Positions 13,845 through 27,124 of a DNA stretch of 64,000 nucleotides are shown piece by piece. The stretch covers positions 254,448,001 to 254,512,000 of the forward strand of contig CM126205.1 of NCBI GenBank assembly GCA_052327205.1. Direction: 5' to 3'. The notes under the pieces are model-generated. The model saw only the letters and a list, made by a program, of their open reading frames with translations, was not told where the DNA came from and did not search any database. The position numbers were made by a program, and so were the translations under genes. Source of the stretch: Somniosus microcephalus. Lineage: Eukaryota. Each line of letters opens with the position of its first letter. Position 1 is the first letter of the stretch.

Positions 13845-15870
13845 CCGCTAGGCTCACACGCTGCTCAATTCACCCCCCCACCCCCCTCCTTCACTCACCT
13901 ACCAACAATCTCTTATCAATCACAACTCATATACCTATCATTCATAGCCTCACCTCACCCTCAGACACTTAGCACTGCTGCAACCTCACACCCACATCTC
14001 ACAGCTTGCACACGCTGCCAGCTATTCAACCATGACAACCACATCACTCAAACAGATTAACAGATTGCATGACACTCACTGACACACTTCCCTCTTTCTT
14101 GCAGGAGAAGTTGGCGCGTAACGGGAGGCAGCAGGTGCTACCCGAAGGGCTCATGCACGCCTGCATAAACTTATCCTGATGGAGGAGACGGTGCTGGCCA
14201 TTATTGGGAGGGACATTGCTGAGCCCGTGGCCAGCGGTGAGGCTGAATCAATTGAAGATGACGGTATCCTCATACCTAATTCTCCTTCTCACATCCCACT
14301 TCCCCTCATCCCACAATCTCTTCTGATTTATAAGCTGCAGATGGTGTAAGCATGCACGTCTTGCTTCCCCTCCCCCCCCCCTCCCTTAACCACAACCTTA
14401 CCCTTGTGCCTTTCTCCTTTCAGATAACCAAGAACTGCATGCTGGCCAGGCACTGATGGAGGAACACAAAATGCAAGAGGAAGAACGTAGTGATGCAGAA
14501 CACACAGCACCGTCACTCGATTTCACACTTCCAGACACCAGCTCAGATACTGACACTCCACGTACTTTAGAAGATAGGTTAGACGTGGGATCTGTATGTG
14601 GTGAGACATCGGGCATGAGTGGCCTGCAGCCAGGCAGGGGGGAAAGGTAGCATAGGTGCCAGTTCGCCAGAGGGCGAGGTCGCACACAAGTTCTGCTGTA
14701 CAGGACTCAGATGAGGACATCGATGGGGCAGCCTACAGAAGAATGCTAATGGGTATGCACAATGAAATGCTTGGTGCATTGGCAGGCCTGCCAGAAAGCC
14801 TGAATACAATGTCAAGGAGCATGGAGGAGTCCAGCACCAACCTTGCACAGGGCTTTGCGCAGAGCGTGGACCCTATCCTCTCCAGCGTGGAAGGGGTGGG
14901 CAAATCCATCTGCGCACTTGTGGACCCAATCATCATGCAGCGTATGATGGCTGATGTCTCAGTTTCCATTGGAGCACAAGCAGAAACCACCCAACGTCTG
15001 AGTGCTGCAATGGAAGCTCAGACTGAAGTCATGCACGCTCAGCTTGCTGCCACGCAAGCAAAGACCGCTGCCATCATGGCTGGGTTTACCAGTGTTGAAA
15101 GGGGCTTGCAGGGTGTCACAGCAGTACAGCAATCTGTCCTGCAGCAAATTACTAGGATTGCTGAGGATGACAGTGTTCGTCCTCCCACCACTGCCACTCC
15201 GCCAGTGCCTTTGCTGTTTCCTGTCAGCTAGCCAGCCCAGACTGCTGCCGCCCATGACAAGGTGGTGCACTCTAGAGCCGGGCCAATAGACCCAGAGCTG
15301 CTCGAGGCCGTCCTGCAAGACCATCTGCAGTCTCCCCCACTGAAAGTCAGCAGCCTTCCACCAGCCGTGCTGCAGCCACTGGGGTAGCATTGCATAGGAG
15401 CACTAGAACAGACAAAGGCACACTGAAGACAGGCACTAAGGGAATGCACAAGGGTGATTAGTTGACTTTTGATTGAAATATTGTAATGATGTGATTCATA
15501 AAATTGATTTGGAATGTTTGTTTTGTGGTGACTTTTATTGCAGCATTGTGGCCAAGATGATGCTGTGATGGTCAGTAACAGAGGGAAGGTAAGGTGTGGG
15601 ACTATTGTTGAATGGGGAATTGGGGTCACTGATTCTGCAGTCAAATGTGTTGATCACGGACAGTCTGGGCAAAAAGGGGCTGTCGGTTGCCTCCTCCCTT
15701 TCGCTTCCTCCTCCTCCTCTTCTGCCTCCTACTCCTATTCCACTTTCTCCTCCTCCCCGCCTCTTCCTCCTCCTCAGCTGGTTGCCATATGCCTGGTGGC
15801 AAGGGCTGTGCCCTCGTGATGGCGAGGTTATGGAGCATGTAGCAGACCACGACAAATCTTGAGACACATT
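13845..15870 (+). mobile_element. PIF/Harbinger fragment: Myb/SANT-partner gene exons 2-3 (+) and convergent 3' end of the nuclease (-)
   Basis: Homologous to 18400-19600 and 60060-60700. Acceptors at ~14103 and ~14423. Minus strand VCYMLHNLAI matches the HARBI1-type C-terminal CCxLHN motif. Confidence 0.8.
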
Positions 15871-15899
15871 ATTTGTGCAGTCTCTTGCTGAGAAATGGG

Positions 15900-16505
15900 A
15901 ATCATAGAATTATATAGCACAGAAAGAGGCCATTTGGCCCATTGTGCCTGTGCCAGTTCTTTGGTAGAGCTATCGAATTAATCTCACTTCCCCTGCTCTA
16001 TCCTAATAGCCCTGTAGATTTTTTTTTCAAGTACTCTGGGCTCCCACGCTACAATCGGAAGCCGCCTGCCCACCCCATGCCAGACTGGGTTTTACCTCCC
16101 TCACCTCGTGCCACCACCCCACTAACTACCGAGAACAGTCAGTCATTCTCGGGAGTCGCCTCTGCTTCACTCGGAACAGTTTATCGCCCCCTCGCTGGTT
16201 CACACGGGTGGCAGCTGCTGGTCGAGGTGGGAAAAGAAGAAGAGAGGATAATATTACTTACTGCCTTGTGTCTTTTTGAATTGGACAACATGCTGTGCCA
16301 GCCTGTGTGCTCATGAAGTCTCCCCTAGAAACATAGAAGATAGGAGCAGGAGTAGGCCATTCGGCCCCTCGAGCCTGTTCTGCCATTTAATGAGATCATG
16401 GCTGATCATCCAAATTCAGTACCCTGTCCCTGCTTTCTCTCCATATCCCTTGATTCCTTTAGCCTTAAGAAATATATCTAACTCCTTCTTGAATATATTT
16501 AATGA
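15900..16505 (-). mobile_element. Two short CR1 3' tails (15900-16030, 16326-16505)
   Basis: 16326-16505 closely matches the tail at 30600-30752/31090-31115; 15900-16030 resembles 5137-5270. Confidence 0.7.
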
Positions 16506-17972
16506 ATTGAAATGCACTGTTCCCTGACCAGGGTTCCCTGACCCCTGTAAGATATAATATAGCCACAGCCTGAGAGAGCGTTAAAACATTTTGATTCTTG
16601 AGGTAATTGAGTATATGCTGTGAAACACTTCCAATGTAAATCTTGTTGGATGAAATTTGTTCATAAACAGATGGATGCAGCTTTAGTGCAGTTATTTCTG
16701 CATACTGGGAGCATGGCTCAAACCAATGTATATGAGTACAGACAGCAACATTTTTGCAGTGGTTAGCCATGTGCAGATTTACCTGGATAAAAATTGCAGG
16801 CTTTCTGCTTTCATTGTAGAAGAGACTGCATTGTTTTAGGGAAAAGAAGCTATTTGGTGAGCAGGTCCAAACTACCTTGGGCAGTTATAAATAGCGCAGA
16901 GCTTGTCTGACCATTCTAACATTACATCTAGGAGCCTAGTCCTTCAAACCATACAACTTTGTCAGGGTAGATCCAAGAAACCAAAGTATTAGTGCTTCCA
17001 GAAAAAAGGGACTTATCCTTGGGTTCAAGAGGGCCAGGCAGAATGACCAGCAAGGTAGGATGCAAGAAGGTAAATCCAGAATGTTACTTCAAATTAAAGT
17101 GTAAAAGTAAGACGAGAGACTATAGGTTCAAAGTAAAAGGCAAATTGAGGACTGATACAAGAAAATTCTTTAGCACACAAAGAGAGATAAACGTATGGAA
17201 TGGACTCCTAGATAGATGAGTGAATGCAAAAGCTGTGGAATTATTGAAGAGACAACAGGATGCTGCAGGGAGAACTGTCGGGTGCTTCTGGATGGTTGAA
17301 TTAAGATCGAGCAAATGGTGTCCTTCATCTGTAATTAAGTGCCCTACATCCTCACCTTCCAACTTGCATCAACACAGTCTCATTTTGGATCCTATTACAG
17401 GGTTAGATTTGCATATGATGATTTTCGGCACTGGCTGGAGGTTAAGCAACGGTATGTAACTGAAAACCAGTTGCATATAAATCTTGAGACTTCCCTGGGC
17501 TGTTAAAAAGTATAGTAATGTGAACAAATTGAGCTTCATGTTTGAGTCTGAAGATTTTGTGGTAAGACTATTTTAATTTAGGAAGACCATGAGGAACTCA
17601 GTTTCATTTGTTTACCCTTCTTCTCTAAGAAAAATGCAACGGTTTTGTTCTGCAGTAAAAAATTGATTTTGTTTCGCTTTTTGAAATTGATAGAGCACCC
17701 AGGACATTGGTCTAGATTAGCCTGTGGATTCGGATCATTGTCTATATTCCATCTCCAGCTATTTATATGACTTTGATGCACACCAGTTTGCAAGTAGAGA
17801 TTGATATCTGAGGAGGAATATTAGATTAGTGTACCTTTTGTGTTAGCCAATAATCGGGCAGTTTCTTAACCAACATCAGCTCAGCTCAGCTCTCAACATC
17901 AGTTGAGGCAGGTGTTGTTGGTATCAATGCCAGTGTCTATACCAGGGGGCAGATACCACGCCAAAAGATAGC

Positions 17973-20278
17973 AGGATAGATTTTCCTGCTCCGCTCTCAC
18001 TTGCTCCGACACTGGCTGGGAGTGGTGGGCTGTTTGTGCGCATATCATCAGACTCCGGTTCCCCTGACTGAAACCCCAGATCCCCGTTGCTCAACACTTC
18101 CCCACCTTACCATCCCTCTGTTACGGAACATCACGGCGTCCTCTTGGGAACAATGCTGAAATGAAAGCCACCACAAGACAAATATTCCAAACATAATTTA
18201 TAACTGATTAATCCCAATATAACTTTACAAAGTCAACTAATCAGCCTTGTACATTCCCTTAGTGTCTGTCTTGTTGTTCCTTTGCCTATTTTAGTGCTCC
18301 TACACAGTGCTACCCCAGTGGCTGCAGCATGGTTGGTGGAAGGCTGCTGACTTTCCGAGGGGGACTCTACAGATGACCTTGCAGGACGACCTTGAGCATC
18401 TCTGGGCCTAGAAGGCCTGGCTGTAGACTACACCATCTCGGCATGGGCGGCAGCAATCTGGGCTGGCTGGCTGGCTGACAGACAACAGCAAGGGCACTGG
18501 TAGAGTGGCAGTGGTGGAAGTACGAATTCTGCCATCCTGAGCCACTACGACTCCCTGCGGCGACGCTTCAGCATTCCTAGCCATCTGTTGGAGGACAGAT
18601 TGCTGGACTGCTGTGCGTCCCTGCAAGCCCCTTTCCACACTCTTAAACCCAGCCACGATGGCAGCAGTCTGAGCTTCCACTGCAGCACTTAGACGTTGGG
18701 TCCCTTCCGCTAGTGCTGCAATGGAAGCTGCGACATTGCCCATCACACCCAGCATCATGGTTAGGTCCACAAGTTCTCTACTGGACTTGCCCATCACTTC
18801 CATCCTGGAAATCATGTGTGCCAAGCTCCGCGCAAAGCCCCGTGAAATGTTGGAGCCGGACTCACCCATGCTCCTTGACAGTGACGAGGCTCTATAGCAA
18901 TCCTGCCATTGCACTAAGCATTTCTGTGTGCATGCCCATCACCCTTCTTTTGAAAGCTGCCCCATCGTATTCATCGTCTGAGTCCTGTGCAGCAGTACTT
19001 GTGTGCGATCCGCCCTCTGGGAAGCTGGTGCCTGCGCTACCCTTTTCCCCCTGGCCTGGCTGCAACCCACTCATGCCCGGTGACACACCACGTGCAGATC
19101 CGGCCTCTATACTACCCTCTAAAGTGCGCGCAGTGCCGTTTTCTGAGCTGGTGCCTGGGAGTGTCAGATCGAGTAACGGTGCCTCTTCTCTGTCACTCTC
19201 CTCCTCTACTTCTTGCTGCACAGGCTCAGCTGCTGTCAGTTCTTGGGCAGCACAATGGTCGGGTTGTGGTGAGGGGGGGGCAGGGTAGCAAGATATGCAT
19301 GCCGTCAATCATCAATGCTTTCAACCTCGCCCAGTGCCACGGCCTTACTGACGACCCCATCAATGATTTCTAGCACAGTCTCCTCCAGCTGAGTCAGGTT
19401 GTATAGCTGTGCTTGCATGCCCCCAACTCCCCCATCGTTCCTGCTCTCTTCTGTTATGAGCCACTTTGGCCTGCAAGAGAAAGGGATGTCTGTCAGTGAG
19501 TGTGGTGCAATGTGTTTGGGTGATGTGCCTGTCATGGTTGAATAGCTGGCATTGTGTGCAATGTGTGAGATGTGGGTGTGAGGCTTGCAGCAGTGGTAAT
19601 TGTTTGAGGGTGTGGTGAAGCTATGATTGTGAGCTGTGACTCGTGATTGCTAAAGATTCTTGGTAGGTGAATGATAGGGGTGTGGTGCATTGAGCAGTGT
19701 GTGAGGCTCGTGGTGCAGTTGGTGGGCTATGGCATTTGAAGATGCATTCACTCATCTTGACCACTCGAGTGAGGCCATTAAACTTCTTCCGGCACTGGAT
19801 CCATGTCCTGGGGGCAACACTGTTGGCACTGAAGGCTTCTTTGATTTTTCTCCCACTGCCTTCACACACTGTGTCTGGAGGGCCTCCTGCCCCCCTGCGG
19901 GTAGAGGAGCCTGTCTCCTCCTGTACATCCCTGCACCAAGACCTCCAGTGCTGCATCTGAGAACTGAGGTGCCGCTTTCTCCCGTGTTGAGACATATTGC
20001 TCCAGCTCCAGCTACAATGAAGTACTTCTGTATCAGCGCAACTCCCCTTTAAGAAGTGCAGGCAGCCTTTGACTCTTTAATTAGAGAGCAGACCACACAA
20101 TACTGTTGAACGCTGAGTTAATCAGCAGCGTGTTTAGCGCTGAACTTAGGACTGCAATCATGATAATGAGCAGGCAGCATGAATTTCACGTGCTGCCTGC
20201 ACTACTTTCAAGAGATGTGGGCAGATCACTCATCGCAATCCTTGCAACTGTTTTTGGGCCTAATAAAATTTTGCTGCC
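17973..20278 (-). mobile_element. PIF/Harbinger derivative carrying only the (decayed) Myb/SANT gene
   Basis: APRTWIQCRKKFNGLTRVVK Myb/SANT helix in 19621-19995; downstream exons homologous to the other copies; no nuclease sequence seen. Ends approximate. Confidence 0.75.
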
Positions 20279-20576
20279 AAAGTGTTTTTTTTAAACAAGT
20301 GTGACCGAATAATTTTTGTTTTTTACAATGCTTCTGAAATATTTTGTTTCTAAATGTCTTTGTAGTTGGATCTTGTTTACCATATTAACTTGATTGCTTC
20401 CATTTGTATTTCACCAGAAGAAGATTATACTTCATATACAGTTAATTTAGAAAAAATAAGGGCAAATTAGGAATCAAGATTCAGAATGGTGGTGAGGTGA
20501 AGAAAAGTAAAACAAATACATCAAATGGATACTTCCTATTTGTTTTTAATGATTTATATTCTAATTTTGTTTTCAG

Positions 20577-20696
20577 AACACTCTGCATCGTTAAATAGTG
20601 AACTGAAGAAGTTAACAAAACCAGAGTCAAAAAGGTCTACTGAAAAACAACAGAACGTGGATGTTAAGAAACAGCATGTTGAATCCAAGATGAATG
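20577..20696 (+). CDS. Internal coding exon, 120 nt, phase 1-1 (EHSASLNSELKKLTKPESKRSTEKQQNVDVKKQHVESKMN), probably part of the ERICH2-like gene
   Basis: Branch-like ctaat plus pyrimidine tract tttgttttcag; donor ATG|gtaatt; open frame phase-compatible with exon 45622. Confidence 0.7.
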
Positions 20697-20956
20697 GTAA
20701 TTATATATTAGCAGTAGATTACTTTGCACAGTATTTTTTGTCACTTGCTTATGCCTAATTCAACCATCTCATTGCTGTACTGAATGCTGAGCAGTGTTCT
20801 GCAAATGTATTAATTATGCAGTTCAGTTTTCATTCTTAGAAGAATGAAACTGCATTATTAAAAACCTCTCCAATTACCTGAAAAATGAATTGAGACTGAA
20901 AAAACCTGTTTCACTTAGGACAGTTCAGGGGAGGAGATTGAGAGAGGTTGCATCCC

Positions 20957-22122
20957 TTTTTAAAAATTCATTCCTGAGATGTGGGCGTCGCTGGCAAGGC
21001 CAGCATTTATTGCCCATCCCTAATAGCCCTTGAGAAGGTGGTGGTGAGCCGCCGCCTTGAACCGCTGCTGTCCGTGCGTTGAAGGCACTCCTACAGTGCT
21101 GTTAGGGAGGGAGTTCCAGGATTTTGACCCAGCGACGATGAAGGAATGGCAATATATTTCCAAATCACGATGGTGTGTGACTTGGAGGGGAACTTGGAGG
21201 TGATGGTGTTCCCATGTGCCTGCTGCCCTTGTCCTTCTAGGTGGTAGAGGTCGTGGGATTGGGAGGTGCTGTCGAAGAAGCCTTGGCGAGTTGCTGCAGT
21301 GCATCTTGTAGATGGTACACACTGCAGCCACGGTGTGCTGGTGGTGGAGGCAGTAAATGTTTAGGGTGATGGATGGGGTGCCAGTGAAGCAGGCTGCTTT
21401 GTCCTGGATGGTGTTGAGCTTCTTGAGTGTTCTTGGAACTGCACATATCCAGGCAAGTGGAGAGTACTCCATCACACACCTGACTTGTGCCTTGTAGATG
21501 GCAGAAAGGCTTTGGGGAGTAAGGAGGTGAGACACTCGTCGCAGAATACCCAGCCTCTGACCTGCTCATGTAGCCACAGTATTTATGTGGCTGGTTCAGT
21601 TAAGTTTCTGGTCAATGGTGACCCCCAGGGTGGGGGATTCGGCATTGGATGTCAAGGGGCGGTGGTTAGACTCTCTGTTGTTAGAGATAGTCATTGCCTG
21701 GCACTTGTGTGGTGCGAATGTTACTTGCCATTTATCAGCCCAAGCCTGAATGTCGTCCAGGTCTTGCTGCATGCGGGCATGGACTGCTTCATTATCTGAG
21801 GAGTTGCGAATGGAACTGAACACTGCAGTCATCAGCGAACATCCCCACTTCTGACCTTATGATGGAGGGAAGGCCATTGATGAAGCCATTGATGAAGGTG
21901 GTTGGGCCCAGGATACTGCCCTGAGGAACTCCTGCAGCAATGTCCTGGGGTTGAGATGATTGGCCTCCAACAACCACGACCATCTTCCTTTGTGCTTGGT
22001 ATGACTCAAGCCAGTGGAGCATTTTCCCTCTGATTCCCAGTGACTTCAATTTTACTAGGGCTCCTTGATGCCGCACATGGTCAAATGCTGCCTAGATAGC
22101 AAGGGCAGCCACTCTCACCTCA
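20957..22122 (-). mobile_element. Non-LTR retrotransposon 3' fragment (family of 6335-9290)
   Basis: GVPQGSILGP, MFADD, MEYSPLAW; absent from the paralogous site near 35528. Confidence 0.9.
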
Positions 22123-22473
22123 CCATGAATCTGGACTTGATTTGAATTCAAAGGTAAAAGGGAAATAACCTGCAGTTCATCCTAATCCTCAGAATGCACA
22201 TTTTCAATTCTTTCTTTCAAGTTGTCTAATAATGCCAGTTTTGGTAGATATTTTCTTAGTTTACCAGTAATGACCAGGCTTCCTTACAATGTGAATCAGG
22301 TCTGTAGCTTTCAAGTTGTATTACCAACATTTATTACGATGCATGATTTTAATCTTCTAGAGTATTGCTGGGTAACACATTCCCTCTGTAGGATTTTAAA
22401 AGTAACAAATTTCAAATTGACACGTGCAGTCAAGTTGTGGACATTTACTCATGTCTTTTGCTGTGTTTGTGTT

Positions 22474-25400
22474 TGTTATGTATTATGTGTTCTATTGTGT
22501 GTTCTCCTCCCACCTGTGGTGGCGCTGTCACAGGAGATAAATGGTTGGGTATTCTCTCGGTTAAGTTTAGCTCTCTTTGTTCGGAACTTGCCAGAACTTC
22601 CTTTCCTTCCAATAAAGCACTTCATGTTTGAATCTCTGAGTTCTGAGTCCTAAATTGTGTCTAGGTAGAAAGGTACCGACACAACAAGTGGCGACGAGGA
22701 GCGGATGAATCTGCATACGTTACGGGTGCAGTGAGTAAACAGAAAATTTAATTTGAAACGTGAGATGGCTACTATATTAGGAAACATCGGTGATTTTGAT
22801 GAAAATGTGGAGCAATGGAGCGCATATACGGAATGTTTTGACTATTTTGTATTGGCGAATGCGGTGGCAAATGAAAAGGTCGTGCCTACCTTTTTGAGTG
22901 TAATCGGGTCGAAGACTTTCAATTTACTTCGCAGCCTCGTGTAGCCAGATAAGCCAGGAACTAAAACATATGAGCAACTAGTGGAAATTCTTGGAGTACA
23001 TTTTTCACCAAAACCTCTGGTTATTGCTGAGAGATTTAGATTTCACAAACGGAATCAAGAGGAGGGGGAATCAGTGACGATGTTTATTGCTGCTTTAAAA
23101 AGGTTGTCGGAACACTGCCAGTTCAAGGAGGTGCTGAATGACACCATTAGAGACAGACTTGTGTGTGGTCTGCAAAATGCAGCCACACTGAAGCGCCTTC
23201 TTACTGAGGACAACCTTACTCTTGAAAAGGCCATTGAAGTTAGTGTCTCCATGGAGATGGTGGAAAAGGAGGCTCACCAGTTGAGTTCAACAGGGAGAGT
23301 TCACAAGGTGTCGTCTGAGCCTAAAGATGCGCGGAACGGCACATGTTACCGTTGTGGGAAAACGGGCCATCACGCTAATGACTGCTGGTGTACGGAGCTG
23401 GAATGCCGAAATTGTGGCAAAAAGGGTCACATTGAACGCGCCTGTAGAGGTAAAAAAAGAACAGACAGAGCTGGGAAGCATGGAAGCAAAATGCCTGTAT
23501 TTGGACAAGAGAGGAAAAAGAGTGTTCATTCAGTGCAGTATGATGGAACAAGCAAAACAGAGGGGAGTGACACCTCTGAGGAGGAAGAGGTGCATATACT
23601 GACGGTTGCAGGTGGTTCAAATGGCTACTGGGTGTCACCACTGGTGGAGGGACAATCAGTGCAGATGGAGGTGGACACAGGCGCGGCTGTGTCCCTTGTT
23701 TCAGACACTGTCTACAACAAAATGCTAAAGCATCTTACCCTTCAGCCAACAAACATTGTGCTAAAGACGTATACCGGCGAACCTGTGGCCATGAGAGGCG
23801 TCATTGAGGTGACAGTTAAATTGAACGGACAGACTGCAAAACTGCCACTATATGTGGTAAAGGGAAATTACCCATCACTACTGGGACGTGCGTGGCTAGA
23901 GAAAATCATGCTGGACTGGCCTGCAGTCCGCATGATGTCAAAAGGGGAGTCAGGCCTGACTGCAGTGTTAAACAAACATGCAGAACTCTTCAATGGGGAA
24001 CTTGGGAGCATGAAAAAGATCAGCGTGAGACTGGACATTAAACCTGACAGCAAGCCGAAGTTTCACAAAGCCCGACCTGTACCCTATGCAATTAAGCCAA
24101 AAGTTGAGGCTAACTTGGAGGCCTTAGTCGAGAATGGAGTCCTGGAGCCTGTGAGCGTGAGCAAATGGGCCACACCCATTGTTCCTGTCCTGAAAAAGGA
24201 TGGATCTGTTCGAATCTGCGGGGATTTTAAAGTGACTATTAACCCGGTGCTGTCTGTGGAACAGTACCCTCTTCTCCTCATTGATGATCTTTTTACGGGC
24301 CTGGCCGGAGGGCAAAAGTTCAGCAAAATAGACTTATGCCAGGCTTATCTAAAAATGCATGTCGATGACAAATCAAAGGAGCTGCTGACAATTGTGACAC
24401 ACAAGGGGCTATACAGGTACTGCCGCCTTCCATTTGGAATTACGTCGGCCCCAGCTCTATTCCAAAGGGCAATGGATCAGATTTTGAGTGGACTGCCAGG
24501 AGTCCAGTGCTACCTGGACGACATCCTTGTCACTGGGACAAATGAGGAGGATCATCTTCTGAACTTGGATGCGACACTACAACGACTGAAAGAGTACGGA
24601 CTCAGAGTTCGTAAAGACAAATGTGAATTCTTTCAGTCTTCAGTTGAGTACCTGGGGCATGTGATTGATGCTACTGGCCTGCATAAGGCGCCGCCAAAGG
24701 TCAAGGTGATCGTGGAGGCCCCAGCACCCCAGAATGTGAGCCAGTTACGTTCATTTCTGGGGCTACTTAACTACTATGGGAAGTTTATTCCAGACATAGC
24801 AACATTGCTGAAGCCGTTACATCAGTTGCTATGTCAAGGCAAAATATGGAAATAGACTGAACTGTGCAACGAAGCTTTCGCCCAAGCAAAGAAAGCATTG
24901 CTGAATTCGGAGGTCCTGACACACTTCGACCCAAAGCTACCCGTGCAGCTAGCATGTGATGCATCACCATATGGTGTGGGAGCAGTCATATCCCACATCA
25001 TGCCTTCGGATTAAGAGAAACCTATCGCCTTCACATCACGCACCTTGAACAAGGCCGAGAGTAACTATGCGCAGATCGAGCGCGAGGCCTTGGGAATCGT
25101 TTTTGGAATTCGAAAATGTCACCAGTACCTGTTTGGGAGAAGGTTCACACTCCTGACAGACCACCGTCCATTGACTTCAATCTTCGGGCCCCACACCGGA
25201 ATTCCGTCTCTCGCTGCAAGCAGGATGCAAAGGTGGGCTTTACTGTTGTCAGGACACACATACGACATCAAATATCGCAAATCAGACTTGCACGGCAACG
25301 CAGACGGTCTCTCGAGGCTACCCTTGCCTGTTACTCCCCCAGAGCCTCGTCAGATAGACATCTTCTACTTTAGACAAGTGGAGGGAGCACCTGTCACTGC

Positions 25401-27119
25401 AGTTCAGGTGCGAAGGTACACCCGCAACGATCCAGTCCTGTCTGAGGTAATGGACGATGTCATTCGAGGGAGAGCGATAGGAGATTCTCCTAGTTTGAAA
25501 CCTTACGTTTCAAAAAGAAATGAGCTCTCCGTCCAGGCAGGTTGTCTTCTTTGGGGACGCCGTGTCATCATTCCGCCACCTCTGAGGGAACCTATACTGC
25601 AACAACTTCATACAGGCCACAGTGGGATGGTTCAGATGAAGGAAATGGCAAGAAGCTACTTCTGGTGGCCAGGTCTCGATGGGAATATTGAGGAGAAAGC
25701 CAAAACATGTTCCCCATGTCAAAGGGTCCGGAATGTTCCACAGCTGGCAACCCTACACCCCTGGGATTGGCCTGCAGAAGTGTGGCAGCGAGTACATGTG
25801 GACTTCGCCGGTCCTTTCGAAGGGAAGATGTTTATGGTGGTTGTGGACGCTCGTAGCAAGTGGCCGGAGGTCGCTGTGATGAGGTCTACCACGGCAGAGA
25901 AAACAATTGAGAAACTTGGTGAGATGTTCAGCCGTTATGGCTCACCGGAACAACTCGTAAGTGACAATGGTCCACAATTTGTATCACAGGAGTTTGCAAC
26001 CTTCCTGCATGTGAATGGTGTCCAACACATCAGGTCTGCGCCCTATCATCCCTCTACTAACGGCCAGGCAGAAAGGTTCGTGCAAACTTTGAAGCACGCT
26101 TTGAAGGCATCGCAAGGTCAGGGCTCAATCCACCAACGCCTGAACAGCTTCCTGTTGTCCTACAGGAACGAGCCGCATGCCACAACCAAAACTTCCCCCG
26201 CTTCGCTCATGATGAAGAGGCAGTTGCGGACAAGTTTTGACTTACTCAAACCTCCAAGGGCAGAGCAGGTTGTCCATCGTCAACAACAAGCTCAAGTTGA
26301 AAAGAGAGAGAAAAGAGCCAAGGAGAGACGGTTTCATCCGGGAGAGCACGTCCTAGCTCGAAACTACAACACTGGACCGAAATGGGTTCCTGCTACGGTG
26401 ATCGCACAGACGGGCCCTGTGTCTTACACGGTTGAGACTGCTGAGGATGTCGTCTGGAGAAGACACACAGATCAACTGTTGCTAGGAGCAGAGACAGCCA
26501 CAGAGGCTCCAACGGCTGGTTGGCCTGAACTGTTTCTGAATGATACCGCAAACCAGCATCCTTTGCCACAGTGCTCTTCTCCAACACAGGAAGTCAAAGA
26601 GACTGTTCCACCTGTGCAAACTCCTGACTTTCAACTGACACAGGCACCTTCTCCATCCAGGCCTGTGTCAATGCCTACTGCTGTGGAAGCCAGCGATGAC
26701 CGCCGGTATCCTGTCAGAGAGCGTCGGCCTCCAAGACGCTTGGATCTGTAGGCTTAGTGACTTACCCACAAGACTGAGGCAGAATAAACCCCAGGGTAAA
26801 GTCAGGGTTTCAGGCAGTCTACCTCTACCCTAGGTTAGTTGAGTGTATTGAAAGTAACTTACCTATTGAGGAATAATGTGGACCTTCCATTTAAGAGGGG
26901 AGGAAATGTTATGTATTGTGTGTTCTATTGTGTGTTCTCCTCCCACCTGTGGTGGCGCTGTCACAGGAGATAAATGGTTGGGTATTCTCTCGGTTAAGCT
27001 TAGCTCTCTTTGTTCGGAACTTGCCAGAACTTCCTTTCCTTCCAATAAAGCACTTCATGTTTGAATCTCTGAGTTCTGAGTCCTAAATTGTGTCTAGGTA
27101 GAAAGGTACCGACACAACA
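22474..27119 (+). mobile_element. Full-length Ty3/Gypsy (Mag-like) LTR retrotransposon
   Basis: 213-bp LTRs 22474-22686 and 26907-27119 (TG...CA, two mismatches seen); 5-bp TSD GTGTT; PBS TGGCGACGAGGA (complementary to tRNA-Ser(GCU) 3' end); PPT AAGAGGGGAGGAAA. Confidence 0.97.
22765..26751 (+). pseudogene. gag-pol polyprotein, single frame with three premature stops (22942, 24853, 25012)
   Basis: Two CCHC, VDTGA, YLDD, RNase H, HHCC/DDE integrase. All ORF pieces share one frame. Confidence 0.92.
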
Positions 27120-27124
27120 GTGTT

